Assembly: GCA_963823555.1 (NCBI GenBank)
Contig: CAWGMA010000003.1
Coordinates: forward strand, 160,001 to 224,000
DNA length: 64,000 bases
From: Candidatus Eiseniibacteriota bacterium
GTDB lineage: Bacteria; Eisenbacteria; RBG-16-71-46; CAVPCR01
Direction: 5' to 3'
Part shown: in pieces, positions 31,401-41,577 of the stretch
How positions within the stretch are numbered: position 1 is the first letter of the stretch
How the letters are laid out: each line of letters begins with the position of its first letter
Notes under the pieces: model-generated
The model's database searches: none
Told to the model about the DNA's origin: nothing
What the model saw: the letters and a program-made list of their open reading frames with translations, nothing else
Translations under genes and position numbers: made by a program

Positions 31401-32852
31401 GCCCCGGCCGCGCCGGCGGCGCGGGTGTGGACGCCGGACGAGGCGCTGGTCGAGATCGTGCGCGGGCGCCTCGAGAGCTCGGGGCCCGTCGTGGCCACGG
31501 CCCTCGCCCGCGCGCTCGCGGTCGCGCCGGGAGCGATCGCCGCGGCGCTCGCCGCTCTCGAGAGCGAGGGCTTCGCTCTTCGCGGCCGCTTCACGCCGGG
31601 GACGGCCGAGACCGAATGGTGCGAGCGCCGGCTTCTCGCCCGCATCCATCGCTACACGCTCCATCGCCTGCGAAGCGAGATCGAGCCGGTCTCGAGCGCC
31701 GACTTCATGCGCTTCCTCTGCTCGTGGCAACGGGTGACACCGTCCCGCCGCATGGCCGGTCCGGAGGCGCTCGCGCTCATCCTCGAGCAGCTCGCCGGCT
31801 TCGAGGCCCCGGCGGCGTCGTGGGAGAGCGAGATCCTGACGGCACGCCTTGGCGAGTACGATCCACTATGGCTCGACGGACTCTGCCTCTCCGGCCGTGT
31901 CGCCTGGCTCCGGCTCACGCCGCCGCGAGCGAACGGGAAACGACGCGGGCGCGTGGCGCCGGTGCGCTCCACTCCGATCGCCATCATTCCGCGCGAGCAT
32001 CTGGGGGCATGGCGGGAGGCCATGCCGCCGGTTTCGCTGGATGCCTCACCGCTGTCTCCCGACGGCCGTCGCGTGCTCGACTTCCTGATCCACGACGGTG
32101 CGTCGTTCTTTCCCGAGATCGGACGCGGAACGGGGCTTCTGCGCACGCAGGTCGAGGCGGCGCTCGCCGAGCTGGTGGCGCATGGGCTCGCCACGGCCGA
32201 CAGCTTCACGGGACTCCGGGCGCTGCTCACGCCGTCGGCCGCGCGCCCGCCGCTTGGCGGGCGGCGCCGGCGCCGCCGCGGCGCTGTGTTCGGCATGGAG
32301 ACGGCGGGGCGCTGGACCCGCGTCACTCCCGGGGAGGGGCTGACCGGCGATCACACGGTCCGCGATGGGCCGGCGGCCGAGACGATCGCGCGCGCGTTGC
32401 TCCTGCGCTATGGCGTCGTCTTCCGGCGGCTGGCGGTCCGCGAGGGCACGCTCCCGCCATGGCGCGATCTCTTGCGCGTCTATCGCCGGCTCGAGGCGCG
32501 GGGCGAGATCCGAGGTGGCCGTTTCGTGGCCGGGTTCGCCGGGGAGCAGTACGCGCTGCCCGAGGCCGTGAGCTACGTGCGCGCGACCCGGCGCGAGACG
32601 GGGAGCGGCGAGCTCATCGCGGTGAGCGCGGCCGATCCGCTCAATCTGCTCGGGATCATCACGCCCGGGGAACGACTCCCCGCGCTCACGGGGAACCGGA
32701 TCCTCTTTCGTGATGGGGTGCCGATCGCGGTCCGCGAGGCGCGGGCCGTGCGTTTCCTCGTCGATCTCACCACGACGGAGCAGACCGAAGCCGAGCGTGT
32801 CCTCCTGCGCCGGCGGGTCGCGCTGCAATGGCGCGCCTACATGGGGCGGTGA
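28468..32852 (+). CDS. lhr: Lhr-family DEAD/DEAH (SF2) helicase with about four frameshifts
   Basis: [44 protein letters not shown] and C-terminal [14 protein letters not shown] in other frames; shifts near 29803, 29848, 29866, 30836. Confidence 0.88.
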
Positions 32853-32873
32853 GTCTGACGAGCGGGGATCCGG

Positions 32874-33470
32874 TCAGGGCGCGGAGTCCACGGCGGGGAT
32901 CAGGCGCAGGGCACGCTCCCTGATCAGGTCCTCGTCGCGACACCCGCGAAAGACAGCGAGCACTCCATCCAGGTCGCCCTCGACGCCGCCGCGGCCCTTG
33001 AATTCAAGAGCGTGCGCGGGGACGTAGCTGTGCACGCCGCCCGCACCCGGTTCCACGGTCTCCTTGAAGGCGGTATCTCCGGTGAGGGTGACCCCCTCCG
33101 GCAGCTGGCTCAAGAAGAGACGGATCTTGGCCGCATGGGCCGGGGAGTAGACGGCGAGCGAGAAATCGAAGCGAGCTCCGGCAATCCCGCGTTCGCTCCG
33201 CAGATGCACCTGGCGTTGCTCGGCGATCGGATCCGCGATCGCTTGTCGGACCTCGGGGAGCGCCTCGGCGGGGACCAGGAAGTGCATGACCGCGTTGTCC
33301 GGATGCAACAGGTCGCGCAAGCGCTCGATCAGGCTGTCACCGGCGAAGCCCTCGGCCTCGGCATCGAGCACCGGCGCATGGATACCGCTGCCGCGCAGGA
33401 AGCCCTGGATGAAGCCGAAGGTCCAGGGCCGGGGCCCCTCGATCACGAGCTCGTGGTATGGACTCGGCAT
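32874..33470 (-). CDS. Hypothetical protein
   Basis: GGAGG RBS before ATG 33470; follows the antiporter closely; no family recognised. Confidence 0.7.
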   Translation of the reverse strand: MPSPYHELVIEGPRPWTFGFIQGFLRGSGIHAPVLDAEAEGFAGDSLIERLRDLLHPDNAVMHFLVPAEALPEVRQAIADPIAEQRQVHLRSERGIAGARFDFSLAVYSPAHAAKIRLFLSQLPEGVTLTGDTAFKETVEPGAGGVHSYVPAHALEFKGRGGVEGDLDGVLAVFRGCRDEDLIRERALRLIPAVDSAP

Positions 33471-33492
33471 CGACACACCTCCGCGCCCGGTT

Positions 33493-35016
33493 CTAGAAGA
33501 AGATCCAGGCTGTGACCAAGAATACCGGAATCAGGACCGGTACGGCCCAGCGCAAGAGATAGCCGAAGAAGGACGGCATGGCCACGCCGGCCTCGTCAGC
33601 GATCGACTTGACCATGAAGTTGGGAGCGTTTCCGATGTAGGTGTTGGCTCCCATGAACACGGCTCCGGCCGAGATCGCCGCCAGGTAGCGCACGTGTTCC
33701 ACCGTCAGGCGATGCACGGCGGTGAGTTCCGGGACTCCCGCGTAGAAGCGTCCGAGCTCTGCATTGAAGAAGGTGAGGTACGTCGGGGCATTGTCGAGGA
33801 ACGAGGACAGAGCCCCCGTGATCCAGAAGAAATCGGCCGGTTGGTTGAGACTGCTGATGACGAAGGCCAGGGGGCCCCGCTCGCCGGCCTTGAGAATGGC
33901 CAGCGCGGGGATGATGGTCATGAAGATCCCGGCGAAGAGAATGGCGACCTCGCGAATCGGCGCCCAGGTGAAGCCGTTCGCCTGCCGCAGCACCCTCCGG
34001 GTCGTCGCCAGGGAGAGCAATCCCATGACCACGATGAGCGCGTCGCGCGACAGGTTCTGGGCCTTGAGATGCAAGCTGCCCAGAGCCAGGGTCGGACCGT
34101 GCCAGAGCCCGGATAGCAGCACCGCTCCGACGATGCCGGCGAGGAAGAGGAAGTTGTGGGCGCCGTCGAGTCGGAGCCGTTCGCGGGGCGTGTCCTCGAC
34201 TTGTTCCGGGGCCGGCGGCACACCGGCGGCGAGGGCGGCGGCCGATTCCGCGGCCTGGGCGGCCCGGGCCGCGGCAGCGTCGCGAGCCTCGCGCCGGTAG
34301 TAGTGCCGGTCGATGACATAGAACAGGGCGAGAACCGTGCCCGCGACGAAGGCGGTGATGGGCAGGAGACGCAGAGTCCAGAAGAACGGCACGCCGCGCA
34401 GGAAGCCAAGGAAGAGCGGGGGATCACCGAGCGGCGTCAGGGAGCCGCCGATGTTGGATACGAGGAAGATGAAGAAGACGACGACATGCACCTTGTGCTT
34501 GCGGCGAGCATTGGCCCTCAGTGTGGGGCGAATGAGGAGCATGGAAGCACCGGTTGTTCCCATCCAGGAGGCGAGCAATGTTCCGGTCAGGATGAGCGCC
34601 GTGTTGACAGGTGGCGTGCCGGCGAACGTTCCGCGCAGGACGACGCCACCGGCGACCGTGAACAGACCCCACAGGAGAATGATGAAGGGGAGATAGTCGA
34701 GCAGATAGGTGTGGAGGATCTCGGTCCATGCGGCACCGCGGTAGGCGGCGAGGAAGGGGATGGCGAACGAGAGCGCGATGGCCAGCGTGAGCTTGGGATA
34801 GTGGTGGTGCCAGAACCGCGGGGCCAGGAGCGGCCCGAGGGCGATGGCGAGCAAGGTGGCGACGAAGGGGAGCGCCGACCACATGGGCAAGACCTCGCCC
34901 AGCTCCGCCGCCTCGCCTCCCGGAGCAGTGGTTGCCGCCAGGAGGGTCGCCGCCTGAAAGATGGCAAGGAGGCTCGCGGTGAGGGCGAGGGCCAGCCGCC
35001 GCCATGGTCTAAACAT
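33493..35016 (-). CDS. Putative Na+/H+ antiporter (ion transporter superfamily)
   Basis: Many TM segments; GTTGASMLLIRP, SNIGGSLTPLGDPPLFLG, SSFLDNAPTY, TYIGNAPNFMV. Confidence 0.88.
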   Translation of the reverse strand: MFRPWRRLALALTASLLAIFQAATLLAATTAPGGEAAELGEVLPMWSALPFVATLLAIALGPLLAPRFWHHHYPKLTLAIALSFAIPFLAAYRGAAWTEILHTYLLDYLPFIILLWGLFTVAGGVVLRGTFAGTPPVNTALILTGTLLASWMGTTGASMLLIRPTLRANARRKHKVHVVVFFIFLVSNIGGSLTPLGDPPLFLGFLRGVPFFWTLRLLPITAFVAGTVLALFYVIDRHYYRREARDAAAARAAQAAESAAALAAGVPPAPEQVEDTPRERLRLDGAHNFLFLAGIVGAVLLSGLWHGPTLALGSLHLKAQNLSRDALIVVMGLLSLATTRRVLRQANGFTWAPIREVAILFAGIFMTIIPALAILKAGERGPLAFVISSLNQPADFFWITGALSSFLDNAPTYLTFFNAELGRFYAGVPELTAVHRLTVEHVRYLAAISAGAVFMGANTYIGNAPNFMVKSIADEAGVAMPSFFGYLLRWAVPVLIPVFLVTAWIFF

Positions 35017-35031
35017 CTATTACATAATCAC

Positions 35032-35061
35032 TTAGCAAATCTCATATAGTCATGGTAGAAT
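35032..35061 (+). promoter_or_regulatory. Candidate sigma70 promoter for the M28 peptidase
   Basis: TTAGCA-N18-TAGAAT with extended TG, in an AT-rich divergent intergenic region. Confidence 0.4.
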
Positions 35062-35108
35062 GAAGGGCTGTGCTGGTGCCGCATCCGTTCACTCCTGGGG
35101 GATCGACC

Positions 35109-37619
35109 ATGAGATATCTCATCTTCGCCTTGCTTGCGTCCACGCTTACCTTCGGCGCCGCACATCCAGCCCTCTCGGCTCAGCCCGGGCAGGCGCTCAT
35201 CTTGGTCGAGAACCCCGGCCCGCAAACGGCGGCGGCGCTCCTGGCGGAAGACCTCATGGTGGTTCGTGACCTGGGCAGCATCCTTCTCGTCGTGGCCTCT
35301 CCCGAACGCCTCGCCGCGCTGGATGCCGCGGATCTCGAGTGGCGGATCCTCGACACGAGCCTGGAGGGCAAGACGTACTACACGGCCGGAGTTCCGGCCG
35401 GCGCCGATCTCGCCGCCATCGCGCCCGGGACGCGCGTCTTGTGGTCGGCGGGCACGGATGCTGTCATGGTCGCCACATCCGAGCAAGTGGATCAGATCTC
35501 GGGCGCTTCCATCGAGGTCGCCCGGGTCTTCATGCGCCCGATCCGCGTCCCGGCCGCGGCCCGCCCCCTGCCGCCGGCAATGGCGCTCGATCCCGATCCG
35601 GCGATCCAGCAGATGGTGGACCAGGTCTCGATCGCAGGCGTCACGGCCATGGTCCAGCGCATGCAGAACTTCGTCACTCGCCACTCGGCGACGGACAGCG
35701 CCGATGCGGCGGCACGCTGGGTCCATGACCAGTTCGTGTCCTTCGGCATCGACAGCGTCTACTACCAGCACTGGAGCAGCACCTACAGCGACAACGTCGT
35801 CGCCTCCATCCCCGGGACGCGCTTCCCCGAGCGGGTCGTCGTCATCGGCGGCCACTACGATTCGACAACCGGATCCTCTACGGCCCCAGCTCCGGGAGCC
35901 GATGATGATGCCTCCGGCACCGCCTGCGTTCTCGAGTGCGCGCGCATCCTGAGCCAGTACCCGCACGACTACACGATCACCTTCGTCGCCTTCGCGGGCG
36001 AGGAGCAGGGCCTTCTCGGCAGCGAGGCCTACGCCAGCCAGGCGCGGACCAACGGCGACGACATCCTGGGCATGGTCCAGGTGGACATGATCGGGTACCT
36101 GCAGGCGGGCGATCTCCTCGATCTCGACATCATCTCCAACTCGGGCTCGGCCTGGATCCGCGACCTCGTAGTCGAGGTCGGCGGCTTCTACGTCCCGGGC
36201 TTCTCGATCGTGCCCGGTTCGCTGCCAGGCGGGGCCAGCAGCGACCACGCCTCCTTCTGGGCCGCCGGTTACGACGCCGTCCTCTTCTTCGAGGACAGCG
36301 GGGCCTACAGCCCCTACATCCACACCACGAACGATGTGATCGGTGTCAGCTACAACTCGGAGGCGCTGGCGGAGCGATCGGTCAAGACCGCGGTCGGCCT
36401 CCTGGCGACGATGGCGAAGGCGCCGGCCGTGGTCATGACCCACACGCCGCTCGGGAACACGACCGATATCCTGAACCCGTATCGCGTGGTGGCCGAGGTC
36501 AGCGCCCTCGAGGCTCTCAACCCCGATTCGACCTTCGTCCGCTACTCGACTCAGGCCGGCACCTTCGATGTGCCGCTCACCGTGACCGCGAATCCGAACG
36601 AGTACGAGGGCTTCATCCCGGCCCAGCAGGGCGGCACCTTCGTCGATTACTACGTCTCGGTCCAGGGCGTGAGCGGCTACCGGGTGACGAGCCCGGCCGA
36701 TGCACCGCTCACCTGGCATCGCTTCTTCGTCGGACAGATCACGACGGCGTTCAACGACGAGTTCGAGGCCGATAGCGGCTGGACCGTCGGGGACACCGGC
36801 GACAACGCGACCGCAGGCATCTGGGTGCGCGCCGATCCGGTCGGTTCTTACAGCGGCACCTCCCCGGTGCAGCCGGAGGACGATCACACGCCGGCCCCGG
36901 GGGTCGCCTGCTGGGTGACGGGGAACGCGGCACCAGGGCAGAGCCAGGGTACGAACGACGTCGACAACGGCAAGACCACGGTCAAGAGCCCGATCTACGA
37001 TCTCTCCGGGCTCCAGAACGCCGGGGTCCGCTACTACCGCTGGTTCACGAACGACACCGGATCGGGGCCGGAGACGGACGAGTGGGCGGTGGATGCCTCC
37101 TCGGACGGCGGTGCGACCTGGGTGCGGATCGAGACCGCGCTCACCAGCGATCGCAGCTGGCGGCTGGTCGAGCGCTGGCTCGCGGACTACATCCAGCTCA
37201 CCTCGCAGGTGCGCTTCCGCTTCATCGCGCGCGACGACTCGCCCGGCTCGATCGTCGAGGCGGCGGTCGACGATTTCGCGATCGTCGTCTACGAGCAGCC
37301 GTCGTCGGCGGTGTCCTCGCCGGAGCCGGTGGCGCCGCGCCAGGTGGTGCTCGAGCCGGTGAAGCCGAATCCCTTCAACCCCTGGACCGAGATCCGCTTC
37401 ACGGTACCCGAACCGGGAGGCAAGGTGCGGCTCGCCATCTTCGACGTCACGGGGCGGGAGGTGCGCGTCCTCGCCGATGGCGAGCTCCTGGCCGGCACGA
37501 CGGCTCTGACCTGGGACGGCCGGGACGGCGCGGGAGCGGCGATGCCCTCCGCGGTCTACTTCTGCCGGCTCGAGGCGGCGGGCGAGTCGCGTGTGCAGAA
37601 GCTCGTGCTCGTGCGGTAG
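35109..37619 (+). CDS. Secreted M28 family metallopeptidase with FlgD-Ig C-terminal domain
   Basis: Signal peptide; GGHYDS, PGADDDASG, GEEQGLLGS, DMIG, SDHASF, IHT; C-terminal PNPFNP...FDVTGR...WDGRD. Confidence 0.92.
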   Translation: MRYLIFALLASTLTFGAAHPALSAQPGQALILVENPGPQTAAALLAEDLMVVRDLGSILLVVASPERLAALDAADLEWRILDTSLEGKTYYTAGVPAGADLAAIAPGTRVLWSAGTDAVMVATSEQVDQISGASIEVARVFMRPIRVPAAARPLPPAMALDPDPAIQQMVDQVSIAGVTAMVQRMQNFVTRHSATDSADAAARWVHDQFVSFGIDSVYYQHWSSTYSDNVVASIPGTRFPERVVVIGGHYDSTTGSSTAPAPGADDDASGTACVLECARILSQYPHDYTITFVAFAGEEQGLLGSEAYASQARTNGDDILGMVQVDMIGYLQAGDLLDLDIISNSGSAWIRDLVVEVGGFYVPGFSIVPGSLPGGASSDHASFWAAGYDAVLFFEDSGAYSPYIHTTNDVIGVSYNSEALAERSVKTAVGLLATMAKAPAVVMTHTPLGNTTDILNPYRVVAEVSALEALNPDSTFVRYSTQAGTFDVPLTVTANPNEYEGFIPAQQGGTFVDYYVSVQGVSGYRVTSPADAPLTWHRFFVGQITTAFNDEFEADSGWTVGDTGDNATAGIWVRADPVGSYSGTSPVQPEDDHTPAPGVACWVTGNAAPGQSQGTNDVDNGKTTVKSPIYDLSGLQNAGVRYYRWFTNDTGSGPETDEWAVDASSDGGATWVRIETALTSDRSWRLVERWLADYIQLTSQVRFRFIARDDSPGSIVEAAVDDFAIVVYEQPSSAVSSPEPVAPRQVVLEPVKPNPFNPWTEIRFTVPEPGGKVRLAIFDVTGREVRVLADGELLAGTTALTWDGRDGAGAAMPSAVYFCRLEAAGESRVQKLVLVR

Positions 37620-37728
37620 TTCGAGGTCGCCAGGCGACTGATCAGCGGGCGGGAGGCGTTCCCATCGCCTCCCGCTCTTCTTTCCACTGTCGGGCGCCCC
37701 GGGGCCGGCCGAGTGCTATGCTCCCGGC

Positions 37729-40467
37729 ATGAAGAGCACGCTCCGATCCGGATCCACGGTTTCTCACTACCGCCTCCTCTCCCTGGTCGGCGCCGGCGGC
37801 ATGGGCGAGGTCTACAAGGCCGAGGACACGACCCTCGGGCGCACGATCGCCTTGAAGATCCTGCCTCCCGAGCTCGTCCAGAACAGCGAGCGGCTGCACC
37901 GGTTCGTGCAGGAGGCCAGGTCGGCGTCGTCGCTCAGCCATCCCAACATCGTCACCGTGCACGAGATCGGCGAGGCCCGGGTGCGTCCGAACGGGGAGCC
38001 GGATGAGGGGGAGCGGGAGGAATCCTCGGTCCACTACATCGCGATGGAGTTCGTCGAGGGGGACACGCTGCGGGCGAAGATCCACGACGAGAAGACCGAG
38101 CTCCGCGTTCTCCTCGTCTATCTCGCCCAGGCCGCCGAGGGCCTGGCCAAGGCGCATGCTGCGGGCATCGTCCATCGCGACCTCAAGCCCGACAACATCA
38201 TGATCACCCGCGACGGCTATGCCAAGGTCCTCGATTTCGGGCTCGCCAAGCTGACCGAGTCCCAGCCTTCCTCGTCCACCGGGCAGACCACCGATGCCAC
38301 GACCGCGGCCGGATCGCCGACCCGCGCCGGCGCTGTCCTCGGCACGGTCGGCTACATGTCCCCCGAACAGGTGCAGGGGAAGAGCGTCGACGCGCGTTCC
38401 GACATCTTCTCCTTCGGCTGCATCCTCTACGAAGCCGCGGCCGGCCAGCGTCCCTTCCAGGGCGATACCGACATCGAGGTCATGCACAAGATCCTCCGCG
38501 AGAAGCCCGTGCCCGTGGATCAGCTGAATCCGGACGTGCCGGGGGAGCTCCGCCGCCTCATCCGCCGTTGCCTGGCCAAGGATCCCGAGCAGCGATACCA
38601 GTCGATGAAGGATCTGGCGATCGAGCTCAACGACCTCGCCCAGGAGTACGACCAGCTCTCGCCGGGCTCATCCTCCGGGAGCTCGGTGGGTGAGCTGGCG
38701 CCGGTGCGCGGCCGCGGCCCGCGGTCGTGGGTTCGCATGGGCGCTCTGGCCCTTATGCTCGTGGCCGCGGTCCTCGGCGGGGCCTATCTCCTCGGGCGGC
38801 GCGCGGGCGCTCCGGGTGAGCCCGTGCCGTTCGAGTCGATGCGCATCACGAGCCTCACCGGGAGCGGCAAGGTGCGTGATGCCGCCATCTCCCCCGATGG
38901 CAAGGTGGTCGTGCAGGCGGTCGAGGAGGCGGGCAAACAGAGTCTCCGGGTGCGCCAGGTGGCGACCGGGAGCGATGTCGAGATCGTGGCGGCGGGTACT
39001 CCATTCGGCGGCATCGCCCTCACCCCGGACGGCAACTACGTCTACTACACCCGCAGCGAGCGCGATGTACGCCTGTACTCGTTGCTCTATCAGGTGCCGG
39101 TCCTGGGGGGCACGCCGCGAAAGCTCATCTTCGATGTCGATACGCCGGTGACGTTCTCGCCTGATGGCAGCCAGATCGCCTTCGCGCGCGGCTATCCCGA
39201 CGAGAACTCGAGCGCCATCCTCGTGGCCGCCGCGGACGGGACCGGAGAGCGGAAGATCGCCGAGCGCAAGGATCCTGAGCCCTACGACCTGAGCGTGCTG
39301 GCCTGGTCACCGGATGGCAAGACCATCGCCGCGGTCGCCACGAGCATCGAGGGAGGAGAGCATTCAATCGTGGTCGTGGTCGATGTCGCGTCCGGCGATG
39401 ATCGTCCCCTCGGTGGCGAGCATTGGGCCAACGTGGGTGGACTGGCCTGGCTCCCGGACGGCACGGGCCTCATCGTCGTTGCGAGCACCGAGGAGTCGGT
39501 CAACAATCGCCAGATCTGGCATATCGGGTATCCCGGGGGCGAGCCGAGGAGGATCACCAACGACCTCAACAACTACCACCGGGCGAGCCTGACCGCGGAT
39601 GCGCGAACCCTCGTCACGGTGCAGACGAGCTTCAGCTCGAACCTGTGGCTGGCCCCGGCGGAGGATGCGGGACGAGCCCGGAGCCTGGCCCTCGAGCGCA
39701 GCGAGTTCGTCGAGCAGGTGCGCTGGGGTCGATCCGGCAAGATCACCTTCCTGGCCAACCGGAACAGCTCGATCGACCTCTGGATGTGCGATCCCGAGAG
39801 CGGCGAGCAGAAGCGCCTGACCACCGAATCCCGGCAGTTCTTCAATCCCCTGCCCGCCGCCGACGGCAGCTTCATCCTCTGCACCTCCTTCCGCGACGGC
39901 GGCGTGCCGCATGTCTACCGGCTCGACCCCGACGGCGGGAACCCGACCGCGATCACCAGGGGTGAGGGCGAGATCTGCTTCGATCTCTCTCCCGACGACC
40001 AGTGGATGCTCTATGTGAATCGCGGAACGGAGAGGACCGTGTGGAAGGCGAGGCTGAACGGCGACGAACCGACCGAGATCCTCACCGAACCGCGGGGCAT
40101 GGCCCGGTTCTCCCCCGACGGGAAGATGATCCTCCACGGATACCTGCGCCCGGAGGGCGATCGCTACGTGACGGCCGCGGGCATCATCCCGGCTCTGGGC
40201 GGCGATCTTCTCCACAGCTACGACGCGCCCGAGGGTGTGGGGGATACGCGCTGGGCGTCCACATCCGATGCGATCGCCTACGTGCAGACCCAGGATGGGG
40301 TCTCGAACATCTGGCGGCAGCCGCTCGGGGGTGGGCCGCCCGAGCAGGTCACGAACTTCGAGAGCGGTCGCATCTTCTCCTTCGACTGGTCCCCCGACGG
40401 GAAGCAGATCGCCTACTCCCGAGGCGAGGCGATCGGCGATGCGGTGCTCCTGAGCGACCTGCGCTAG
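37729..40467 (+). CDS. Membrane Ser/Thr protein kinase with TolB/PD40 beta-propeller
   Basis: GAGGMGEVY, ALK, HRDLKPDN, DFG, YMSPEQ; one TM; repeated SPDG motifs. Confidence 0.93.
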   Translation: MKSTLRSGSTVSHYRLLSLVGAGGMGEVYKAEDTTLGRTIALKILPPELVQNSERLHRFVQEARSASSLSHPNIVTVHEIGEARVRPNGEPDEGEREESSVHYIAMEFVEGDTLRAKIHDEKTELRVLLVYLAQAAEGLAKAHAAGIVHRDLKPDNIMITRDGYAKVLDFGLAKLTESQPSSSTGQTTDATTAAGSPTRAGAVLGTVGYMSPEQVQGKSVDARSDIFSFGCILYEAAAGQRPFQGDTDIEVMHKILREKPVPVDQLNPDVPGELRRLIRRCLAKDPEQRYQSMKDLAIELNDLAQEYDQLSPGSSSGSSVGELAPVRGRGPRSWVRMGALALMLVAAVLGGAYLLGRRAGAPGEPVPFESMRITSLTGSGKVRDAAISPDGKVVVQAVEEAGKQSLRVRQVATGSDVEIVAAGTPFGGIALTPDGNYVYYTRSERDVRLYSLLYQVPVLGGTPRKLIFDVDTPVTFSPDGSQIAFARGYPDENSSAILVAAADGTGERKIAERKDPEPYDLSVLAWSPDGKTIAAVATSIEGGEHSIVVVVDVASGDDRPLGGEHWANVGGLAWLPDGTGLIVVASTEESVNNRQIWHIGYPGGEPRRITNDLNNYHRASLTADARTLVTVQTSFSSNLWLAPAEDAGRARSLALERSEFVEQVRWGRSGKITFLANRNSSIDLWMCDPESGEQKRLTTESRQFFNPLPAADGSFILCTSFRDGGVPHVYRLDPDGGNPTAITRGEGEICFDLSPDDQWMLYVNRGTERTVWKARLNGDEPTEILTEPRGMARFSPDGKMILHGYLRPEGDRYVTAAGIIPALGGDLLHSYDAPEGVGDTRWASTSDAIAYVQTQDGVSNIWRQPLGGGPPEQVTNFESGRIFSFDWSPDGKQIAYSRGEAIGDAVLLSDLR

Positions 40468-41558
40468 TCCCGGTCCGATACGTCGACGGACACCCAGCCT
40501 TCCGTCGCCGCCGAGCGGCGGACCGAGTCGAGGACTTCCTGGTTCCGGTGTCCGTCGGTGAATGCTGCAGCGCCGGGAACCGCGGTCCCTCCGGCGCGGA
40601 TCGCGGCCACGATCTCGCGTGCATAGCGGAGGAAGGAGCGCGCCCAATCGCTCGAGGGGATGCCCAGGGCGGCCGAATCGGGGAGATCATCGATGACATC
40701 CATGGGTTGCCAGCCCTTGCCCCCAACGCTCAGGAGCAATGGCCCCTGTTCCGCCCAGCACGCGGCGCCGCGGGAACCGGCGAGCGAGAACTCGTGCCGC
40801 CGACTGCCCTCGACGACCGAGATCGTGATCGTCGCCGCCGTGCCCGAGCGGAACCGGATCCACGCGGCGGCGTAGTCATCCGCGGTCACCGGCCGCGGCT
40901 TCCCGCGCGCGGGATCGGGCCGCTCCTTGACGAACGTCTCGAGGCGGCCCCGCACCGATTCGACCTCGCCGAGATAGACTCGCAGCGTGTCCACTGCGTG
41001 CGAGCCGATCGCTCCCCAGGCCCCGCCCCCGGCCGCTGCGTCGCTCCACCAGGACCAGGGCCTTCCGGGATCCTGGCGGCCGCTCGAGAGGAGCGTGTAG
41101 CTGGCGTGATAGATGGTGCCGAGCGCGCCCTCGGCGACGAGTTCCTCGAGGGCCCGGCGCCGCGGATCGAAGCGTAGCTCGTGGTCGAGGAGCGCGAGCC
41201 GTCCGGGCGCGCTCTCCGCCGCCCCGAGCATCGCGGCGCTCTCCTCCCGGCTCATCGCGGTCGGCTTCTCGCATACCACATGGCAGCCCGCGGCCAGCGC
41301 ATCGCGTGTCTGCTCGAGATGGCGGTGAGGGGGAGTGACGATGAAGACGAGATCGGGGCGCGCCCGGTCCAGGATCTCCCGGTGGTCGGCGGCGGCCGCC
41401 TCGATGCCGAACTCACGGGCGGTCTGCCGCGTGCGATCGATGGTCGGGCTCGCGATGCCGGCAAGGGTGACGCCCTCGACGTGGCGGAGGCAGGGCAGGA
41501 TGGTCGTCCGCGCGAAGCCATTGCCGAAGATCGCTATGCGGACGGGATCGGGAGTCAT
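40464..41558 (-). CDS. Gfo/Idh/MocA family oxidoreductase
   Basis: IAIFGNG, TPPHRH, CEKP, GGGAWGAIGSH. Confidence 0.9.
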   Translation of the reverse strand: MTPDPVRIAIFGNGFARTTILPCLRHVEGVTLAGIASPTIDRTRQTAREFGIEAAAADHREILDRARPDLVFIVTPPHRHLEQTRDALAAGCHVVCEKPTAMSREESAAMLGAAESAPGRLALLDHELRFDPRRRALEELVAEGALGTIYHASYTLLSSGRQDPGRPWSWWSDAAAGGGAWGAIGSHAVDTLRVYLGEVESVRGRLETFVKERPDPARGKPRPVTADDYAAAWIRFRSGTAATITISVVEGSRRHEFSLAGSRGAACWAEQGPLLLSVGGKGWQPMDVIDDLPDSAALGIPSSDWARSFLRYAREIVAAIRAGGTAVPGAAAFTDGHRNQEVLDSVRRSAATEGWVSVDVSDRD

Positions 41559-41577
41559 GGCTTCTCCTCGTGGGTCT

